Below, in pieces: positions 58,377 to 64,000 of a DNA stretch of 64,000 nucleotides. Source of the DNA: Eubacteriales bacterium (GTDB lineage: Bacteria > Bacillota > Clostridia > Oscillospirales > CAG-272); contig JAZNYL010000111.1 of the NCBI GenBank assembly GCA_045594445.1, forward strand, positions 10,087 through 74,086, given 5' to 3'. The position numbers and the translations under genes are program-made. Below the pieces are notes generated by a model, which saw only the letters and a list, made by a program, of their open reading frames with translations, was not told the DNA's origin and made no database searches. How positions within the stretch are numbered: position 1 is the stretch's first letter; the number at the start of each line of letters is the position of its first letter.

Positions 58377-59351
58377 TTATTCTTCTTCTCTCTTGAGATC
58401 AAGCCCCAGGGAGTGCAGCTTCTGGATAACTTCTTCAAGCGATTTCTTACCAAGGTTACGGACTCTGATCATCTCTTCCTCGGTACGGTTGGTCAAATCT
58501 TCAACGGTATCAATGCCTGCACGCTTCAAGCAGTTGAAGCTACGTACAGACATGTCAAGCTCCTCAATGGTCATCTCAAGGACTTTTTCCTTCTTGGTCT
58601 CTTCTCTCTCGACCATAATCTCTGCCTTCTTTGCTTCATCAGACAAATCCACAAACAGGTTGAGATGCTCGTTGAGAATCTTGGCACCGAGCGAAATCGC
58701 TTCCTTGGCGGTGATCGTACCGTTGGTCAGGACGTTGAGCGTGAGCTTATCGTAGTCGGTGTTGTTACCAACTCTGGTGCTCTCGGTCTCATAGCTTACC
58801 TGATAAACGGGGGTGTAAATCGAATCGGTGTAAATCGTTCCGATGGGAGCGGAAGTGTTCATGCCCAGCATCTCGCTGTGCAGCTGCTTGTTGCGCTCCT
58901 GGGAAACGTAGCCTCTGCCGCTGCCAAAGGTCAATTCCATGTAGAATCTCTCGTTGGATGCAACAGTTGCCAGATGATGGTCGGGATTCAGAATTTCAAT
59001 GTCGGAATCCTGCTTGATGTCACCTGCGGTGACAATGTGCTCGCCCGCAACGTCAATGATCACGGTCTTGGGACCGGAGCAATACAGCTTTGCGGTGATT
59101 CCCTTTACATTGAGAACGATTTCCGTAATATCTTCTTTTACGCCCTTAATGGTTCCGAACTCATGCTGTGCGCCGTCAATCTTGATGTTGGTGACTGCAA
59201 CGCCGGGCAGAGAGCTAAGCAGTACTCTGCGCAGGGAGTTACCCAGCGTGGTGCCGAAACCTCTTTCCAAAGGTTCAACGATAAATGTTCCGCTTTTTCC
59301 GTCTTCGCTTTCGTCGACGGTGAAAATATTAGGCTTTTCAATCTCAATCAT
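58377..59351 (-). CDS. rpoA: DNA-directed RNA polymerase subunit alpha
   Basis: [30 protein letters not shown]... with the C-terminal domain [17 protein letters not shown]. Confidence 0.95.
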   Translation of the reverse strand: MIEIEKPNIFTVDESEDGKSGTFIVEPLERGFGTTLGNSLRRVLLSSLPGVAVTNIKIDGAQHEFGTIKGVKEDITEIVLNVKGITAKLYCSGPKTVIIDVAGEHIVTAGDIKQDSDIEILNPDHHLATVASNERFYMELTFGSGRGYVSQERNKQLHSEMLGMNTSAPIGTIYTDSIYTPVYQVSYETESTRVGNNTDYDKLTLNVLTNGTITAKEAISLGAKILNEHLNLFVDLSDEAKKAEIMVEREETKKEKVLEMTIEELDMSVRSFNCLKRAGIDTVEDLTNRTEEEMIRVRNLGKKSLEEVIQKLHSLGLDLKREEE

Positions 59352-59467
59352 TCCAAATAATTCCTCCTCATAAAATTTTGAAAGTATACCTTTTTACACG
59401 GATATACCCGCGTTGATTTGCGCAAATTCCACCATACTGTGCGCTTGCGCAAAAAGCAACGACAGTA

Positions 59468-60088
59468 TTACTTGGAATAGAGCTCGACGATCAGCTGCTC
59501 GTTGAAGTCGAAGTCGATGTCTTCTCTTGCGGGAAGAGCAACAACCTTACCGCAAAGGTTTGCAGCGTCGGTTTCCAGCCACTTGGGAACGATTACGTTC
59601 TTTTCGGTCATAGCCTTGAACTTGTCGGAAGAACGGCTTGCTTCCTTCACAGCGATCACGTCGCCTGCCTTAACGATCAGAGAAGGAATGTTAACCTTCT
59701 TGCCGTTTACGGTGAAGTGTGCGTGCAGAACGAGCTGACGAGCATCTCTACGAGACTCTGCAAAGCCCAGTCTGTAAACAACGTTGTCAAGTCTTCTTTC
59801 CAGCAGAAGCAGCAGGTTTTCGCCGGTCATGCCTTCCTTGCGAGCTGCCTCATCATAGTAGTTCTTGAACTGCTTCTCAAGAACACCGTAGTATCTCTTG
59901 GTTGTCTGCTTTTCGCGGAGCTGCAGACCGTACTCTCTCATCTTCTTCTTTGCTGCACCGTGCTGACCGGGAGCGGTTGCTCTGCGATCCAGAGCGCACT
60001 TGCCGGAAAGGCAGCGGTCGCCCTTCAGATAAAGCTTCTTGCCCTCTCTGCGGCACAGCTTACATGCAGGACCTGTATATCTTGCCAT
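59468..60088 (-). CDS. rpsD: 30S ribosomal protein S4
   Basis: [26 protein letters not shown]... Confidence 0.95.
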   Translation of the reverse strand: MARYTGPACKLCRREGKKLYLKGDRCLSGKCALDRRATAPGQHGAAKKKMREYGLQLREKQTTKRYYGVLEKQFKNYYDEAARKEGMTGENLLLLLERRLDNVVYRLGFAESRRDARQLVLHAHFTVNGKKVNIPSLIVKAGDVIAVKEASRSSDKFKAMTEKNVIVPKWLETDAANLCGKVVALPAREDIDFDFNEQLIVELYSK

Positions 60089-60112
60089 AATTGCGTTACC
60101 TCCTGTGAAAAA

Positions 60113-60511
60113 TTAAACGCGTCTGCGCTTGGGCGGTCTGCAACCGTTGTGGGGGATAGGAGTTACGTCTCTGATCAGAGTGATCTGGAGACCAACTGCT
60201 TCCAGTGCACGGATTGCGGATTCACGTCCCGAACCGGGGCCCTTTACATACACCTCTACGCTCTTCAGACCCTGATCGATCGCTGCCTTAGCTGCGGTCT
60301 CAGATGCGGACTGAGCTGCGAAGGGGGTGGACTTTCTGGAACCCTTGAAGCCGAGTTCACCGGCGGATGCCCAGGAAATGGCATTACCGTTGACATCGGT
60401 GATGGTTACAATAGTGTTATTGAAGGTTGCCTGAATATGAACAACGCCCTTTTCGATATTCTTTTTCTCGCGGCGTCTCTTAATGACCTTCTTTGCAGCA
60501 ACTTTTGCCAT
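60113..60511 (-). CDS. rpsK: 30S ribosomal protein S11
   Basis: [46 protein letters not shown]... Confidence 0.95.
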   Translation of the reverse strand: MAKVAAKKVIKRRREKKNIEKGVVHIQATFNNTIVTITDVNGNAISWASAGELGFKGSRKSTPFAAQSASETAAKAAIDQGLKSVEVYVKGPGSGRESAIRALEAVGLQITLIRDVTPIPHNGCRPPKRRRV

Positions 60512-60527
60512 ATTCTATGCCACTCCT

Positions 60528-60896
60528 TTACTTCTTCTTGTTCGCAATGGTCTTTGCGGGACCTTTTCTGGTTCTTGCGTTAGTCTTGGTTCTCTGTCCT
60601 CTTACGGGCAAGCCCTTTCTGTGTCTGACACCGCGGTAGCAGTTGATTTCTACCATGTTCTTGATGTTCATGGCAACTTCACGACGAAGGTCACCCTCTA
60701 CAGTGTAGAAGTTTTCGATTTCGTCACGCAGCTTTGCAATGTCTTCCTCGGTCAGATCCTTTGCGCGGATTGCGGGATCAATGCCGGTCTTTGTGAGGAT
60801 ATCTGTTGCGCTCTTACGACCAATACCGTAAATGTAGGTAAGGGCGATATCTACGCGCTTGTTGTTGGGAATATCAACACCAGCTATACGAGCCAT
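60528..60896 (-). CDS. rpsM: 30S ribosomal protein S13
   Basis: [30 protein letters not shown]... Confidence 0.95.
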   Translation of the reverse strand: MARIAGVDIPNNKRVDIALTYIYGIGRKSATDILTKTGIDPAIRAKDLTEEDIAKLRDEIENFYTVEGDLRREVAMNIKNMVEINCYRGVRHRKGLPVRGQRTKTNARTRKGPAKTIANKKK

Positions 60897-60949
60897 TCTT
60901 GTTCACCTCTTTGTTTGGTTTAGTTGTTTGTTTGTCGTGGTTCTCGAGA

Positions 60950-61063
60950 TTAACCCTGCTTCTGCTTGTGCTTGGGGTTCTCGCAGATGACCATGACTTT
61001 ACCTTTTCTCTTGATGATCTTGCACTTTTCGCAGATCTTCTTAACGGACGGTTTAACCTTCAT
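60950..61063 (-). CDS. rpmJ: 50S ribosomal protein L36
   Basis: Below the ORF-track size cutoff. My translation is [37 protein letters not shown], with a Zn-ribbon CxxC...CxxxxH. The position between infA and rpsM is conserved. Confidence 0.9.
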   Translation of the reverse strand: MKVKPSVKKICEKCKIIKRKGKVMVICENPKHKQKQG

Positions 61064-61104
61064 TACGTTATACCATGCCTTTCTTTCGAGTTATTCGTAA
61101 AATC

Positions 61105-61323
61105 TTATTTTGCGCGCCATGTGATGCGGCCCTTGTCCAGGTCGTATACCGAAACCTCGACGGTTACCTTATCACCGGGCAGAATTCTGATATAGTTCAT
61201 ACGAAGCTTACCGGAAATATGCGCCTTGACGATATGTCCGTTGGGCAGCTTCACTTTGAAGTTTGCGTTGGGCATTGCTTCTACCACAACACCTTCAAAT
61301 TCAATAACATCGTCCTTCGACAG
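61105..61323 (-). CDS. infA: Translation initiation factor IF-1 (full length requires a non-AUG start, CTG 61323 or ATT 61326/61329)
   Basis: The track starts at the GTG at 61287 ([12 protein letters not shown]...). However, the in-frame upstream codons encode [11 protein letters not shown], the conserved IF-1 N-terminus (compare Bacillus MAKDDVIEVEGTV), directly after AAGGAGGG and an in-frame TAA at 61336-61338. Confidence 0.8.
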   Translation of the reverse strand: MSKDDVIEFEGVVVEAMPNANFKVKLPNGHIVKAHISGKLRMNYIRILPGDKVTVEVSVYDLDKGRITWRAK

Positions 61324-61370
61324 AATAATCCCTCCTTACTTGCTTGTAACTGTCTGCATAAAACTTGTAA

Positions 61371-62132
61371 TTAAAATTCAGAGTCGATCAGCGTCAGATT
61401 CAGCACGCCTTCATCGGTCATTGCCACCGTGTTTTCGTAGTGTGCCGACAGTCTTCTGTCAGCCGTTACTACCGTCCAGCCGTCGGCCAGCTCTCTGACC
61501 TCAAAGGTACCTGCGTTGACCATCGGTTCGATGGCCAGCACCATACCCGAGCAGATGCGTACGCCGCGTCCGGGGGTTCCGTAGTTGGGTACGTCGGGAG
61601 CTTCGTGCACTTCTTTGCCGATGCCGTGGCCGATATACTTACGTACGGTGGAAAATCCGTTTGCTTTGACGTGCGTGTCGATCGCGGAGCCGATGTCGCC
61701 AAGGCGATTGCCCTGCTGCATCTGTGCAACGCCTGCAAAGAAGCTCTCTCTTGTGACCTTGATCAGCTTGAGTGCCTCGTCGCTTACCTTTCCTACCGGA
61801 ATGGTTCTTGCGCTGTCTCCGTGATAGCCCTTGTAATGTGCACCAAGGTCGATCTTGACGATGTCGCCCTCGCGCAAAATTCTCTTCTTGGAAGGAATGC
61901 CGTGGATGACCTCATCATTGATGCTGATGCACGCGCTTCCGGGAAAGCCGTACAGCCCCAGGAAGGAGGGCTTAGCACCCGATTTCTCGATATACTGTCT
62001 GATGACTCGGTCGAGCTCGTAGGTGCTGACACCTTCGCGGACGTGCTCACGGGCTACAAGCAAAGCCTCGCCCGTGATACGACCCGCTTCTTTCATGGCC
62101 TTGATCTGAGCTGCATTTTTGAGCTGTATCAT
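61371..62132 (-). CDS. map: Type I methionine aminopeptidase
   Basis: ACISINDEVIHGIP...DIVKIDLGA...GHGIGKEVHEAP... shows the metal-ligand pattern of MetAP1. Confidence 0.93.
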   Translation of the reverse strand: MIQLKNAAQIKAMKEAGRITGEALLVAREHVREGVSTYELDRVIRQYIEKSGAKPSFLGLYGFPGSACISINDEVIHGIPSKKRILREGDIVKIDLGAHYKGYHGDSARTIPVGKVSDEALKLIKVTRESFFAGVAQMQQGNRLGDIGSAIDTHVKANGFSTVRKYIGHGIGKEVHEAPDVPNYGTPGRGVRICSGMVLAIEPMVNAGTFEVRELADGWTVVTADRRLSAHYENTVAMTDEGVLNLTLIDSEF

Positions 62133-62156
62133 ACGATACCTCAGATCAACCGTGCG

Positions 62157-62795
62157 TTACGCCTCAAACTTTTCCAGTGCCTTGAATACCAGGGCGGTCG
62201 TATCAGCGACCTCTTCCTGGCCTTCTACGGTCAGAAGGATTCCCTTCTGTGCGTAGAATTCCTTCAACGGCTCGGTTTGAGCGTGGAACGTCTTCAGTCT
62301 GTTAATTACGGTTTCTGCTGCGTCGTCCGCTCTGGTATAAAGAGCAGCGCCGCACTTGTCACAAACGTCAGCAGTCTTAGGCGGAATATATACGACGTGG
62401 TAGGAAGCACCGCAAGAGCAAACTCTGCGTCCGCTCATACGCTCGACGATCTTCTCGTCGGCAACCTCGATGCTCAGTACTGCGTCGATACGGACCCCCA
62501 TATCCTCCAGAGCCTGAGCCTGGGGAATGGAACGGGGGAAGCCGTCCAGGATAAATCCGTTCTTACATGCGTCTGTCGAAAGATATTCCTTGATAATACC
62601 AATGACAACCTCATCGGGGACCAGCTTGCCGGCCTCAACGTAGCTCTTGGCAGAGAGACCAAGCTCGGTTCCCGCTTTCATTGCACCGCGCAGAATGTCG
62701 CCGGTTGCAATTGCAGGGATATTGAATTTCTCCGAAATTCTCGCGGATTGGGTACCTTTACCCGCACCGGGAGCGCCCATTAAAATCAAATTCAT
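62157..62795 (-). CDS. adk: Adenylate kinase (Zn-lid type)
   Basis: MNLILMGAPGAGKGTQS... with the lid CSCG...CDKCG. Confidence 0.95.
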   Translation of the reverse strand: MNLILMGAPGAGKGTQSARISEKFNIPAIATGDILRGAMKAGTELGLSAKSYVEAGKLVPDEVVIGIIKEYLSTDACKNGFILDGFPRSIPQAQALEDMGVRIDAVLSIEVADEKIVERMSGRRVCSCGASYHVVYIPPKTADVCDKCGAALYTRADDAAETVINRLKTFHAQTEPLKEFYAQKGILLTVEGQEEVADTTALVFKALEKFEA

Positions 62796-62823
62796 GTTGT
62801 TCCTCCGGTGTTATGCCGTGTGA

Positions 62824-64000
62824 TCAATCAAGGAAGCCCTTGTAATTTCTAAGGGTGATCTGAGCCTCAAGCTCACGAACAGTTTCCAGTGCAACACCGA
62901 CAACGATCAGCAGCGAGGAGCCACCGAACGCAAGCTCGGACATAGAAGCCGCAGCGTTGACGTCGATCAGGTTGACGATGATGGTGATCAACAGGGGGAG
63001 ACCCGAGATCACGCACAGGAACAAGCCGCCGATCAGGGTGACTCTGTTCAGGATCTTCTTAATATAGTCGATGGTAGGCTTGCCGGGACGAATGCCGGGA
63101 ATCGAACCACCGTTGTTTCTGATATTATTTGCTACCTCAACAGGGTTGAAGGAGATCATAATATAGAAGTAAGCAAATGCTACGAGAAGGATTATGAAGA
63201 GTACTATATACAAAGGCTTTGTGTTAGCGAATATGTTAACTACTGCGTTCCAGAAGCCACTCTTTCCGTCCATATTTGCAAAGCTTGCAATGGTTGCGGG
63301 AATAGTAACTATAGCGTTAGCAAAGATTACGGGCATAACGCCGGACATATTCAGCTTGAGAGGAAGGTTGGAGGACTGACCGCCGTACATCTTGCGTCCT
63401 ACAACTCTCTTTGCATACTGTACGGGAATGCGGCGCTCGGAATTTGTGAACCAAATAATGAAGAATACCGCTGCGAGTACAATAGCGAGGATAACGATGC
63501 ACCAAAGAATCCACCAGGGATTGAACTTGTTGCCGTCGTATATCTTCTGGATAAATCCGATAACTCCATTCGGGAGACCGGAGATAATACCTGCGAAAAG
63601 GATGATGGAGATACCGTTTCCGATACCGTGATCATTGATCTTTTCAGCCATCCACATAACTATGGATGCACCTGCGCAGTACGTAGCAACCATTACGATA
63701 ACCTGGAATACGTAATTCTTGGAGGTATCAATGGTCGTCATACCTGCGTTGATAACGTACAGCGAATAACCGATAGATGTAATTATCGCGAGACCGATAG
63801 TTACAACTCTTGTGAGAGCGGAGATCTTCTTTCTTCCCTCCTCGCCTTCCTTAGACCACTGCTCGAGCTTAGGAATAACGATTGTAAGAAGCTGGATTAC
63901 GATCGAAGACGTAATGTAAGGAGATACGCCGAGAGCAAACAAGGTTGCCTGCGCGAACGCACCACCCGAAAGAAGATTCATAAATCCGAAAATAGATCCG
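62824..64000 (-). CDS. secY: Preprotein translocase subunit SecY (partial; N-terminus beyond the window end)
   Basis: GVSPYITSSIVIQLL...GGSIPGIRPGKPT... The ORF stays open to the window edge. Confidence 0.93.
   Translation of the reverse strand, partial: GSIFGFMNLLSGGAFAQATLFALGVSPYITSSIVIQLLTIVIPKLEQWSKEGEEGRKKISALTRVVTIGLAIITSIGYSLYVINAGMTTIDTSKNYVFQVIVMVATYCAGASIVMWMAEKINDHGIGNGISIILFAGIISGLPNGVIGFIQKIYDGNKFNPWWILWCIVILAIVLAAVFFIIWFTNSERRIPVQYAKRVVGRKMYGGQSSNLPLKLNMSGVMPVIFANAIVTIPATIASFANMDGKSGFWNAVVNIFANTKPLYIVLFIILLVAFAYFYIMISFNPVEVANNIRNNGGSIPGIRPGKPTIDYIKKILNRVTLIGGLFLCVISGLPLLITIIVNLIDVNAAASMSELAFGGSSLLIVVGVALETVRELEAQITLRNYKGFLD

Noticed and set aside
1-64000. A search for tRNA, rRNA, transposase, integrase, phage or toxin-antitoxin/defence genes.
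   Set aside because: No intergenic stretch shows tRNA-like T-arm (GGTTCGAATCC-type) or rRNA sequence. No ORF shows DDE, tyrosine or serine recombinase or known defence-system motifs. The Toprim protein at 19671-20273 fits the housekeeping RNase M5-like class.

Overview
64-kb chromosomal window from a Gram-positive, spore-forming Clostridia-type genome. Gene content suggests an Oscillospiraceae/Ruminococcaceae-like organism: cohesin/dockerin modules, an IspH-S1 fusion, a SpoVD-type PBP and a GerA-family protein. There are about 60 protein genes, nearly all on the minus strand. I saw no rRNA, tRNA, CRISPR array, transposase or integrase. Layout: (i) 1-9 kb is a visibly lower-G+C surface-structure block holding a cohesin-like protein (partial), a 1,804-aa dockerin-bearing adhesin-like protein, a 392-aa pilin-like protein and a 142-aa type IV pilin, followed by a membrane-anchored MerR regulator. 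(ii) 10-13.7 kb is housekeeping (UPF0340, nagB, DUF1385, yajC). (iii) 13.8-18.8 kb is an operon-like row of a GT2 glycosyltransferase plus four paralogous acidic lipoproteins, two with CBM9-like domains. (iv) 18.8-31 kb is housekeeping (rlmA-like, Toprim protein, uppP, U32 peptidase, anion transporter, ispH-S1 fusion, plsC, cmk, BaiN-like flavoprotein, RpiR, GNAT). (v) 31.2-33.1 kb holds a second murE paralogue. (vi) 33.2-46.8 kb is the dcw cluster mraZ-rsmH-ftsL-pbp-murE-murF-mraY-ftsW-murG-ftsQ-ftsZ, without murD, murC/B or ftsA. (vii) 47-57.9 kb holds a GerA/SpoVAF-like protein, an SDR, a PPi-type phosphofructokinase, two paralogous lipoproteins, mgtE and an FAD oxidoreductase. (viii) 58-64 kb is the end of the ribosomal operon, secY-adk-map-infA-rpmJ-rpsM-rpsK-rpsD-rpoA-rplQ. 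The most unusual observations are: the pilin-pilin-dockerin-cohesin gene string; the GT2 plus four-lipoprotein row with a conserved post-lipobox motif; a five-copy hairpin-rich intergenic repeat at three loci whose stems are kept by compensatory changes; palindromic 45-bp repeats carried in frame inside the DUF1385 gene; a second MurE lacking the DNPR arginine; and an apparent non-AUG start for infA. All functional calls come from my own reading of the translated sequences. No database search was run.
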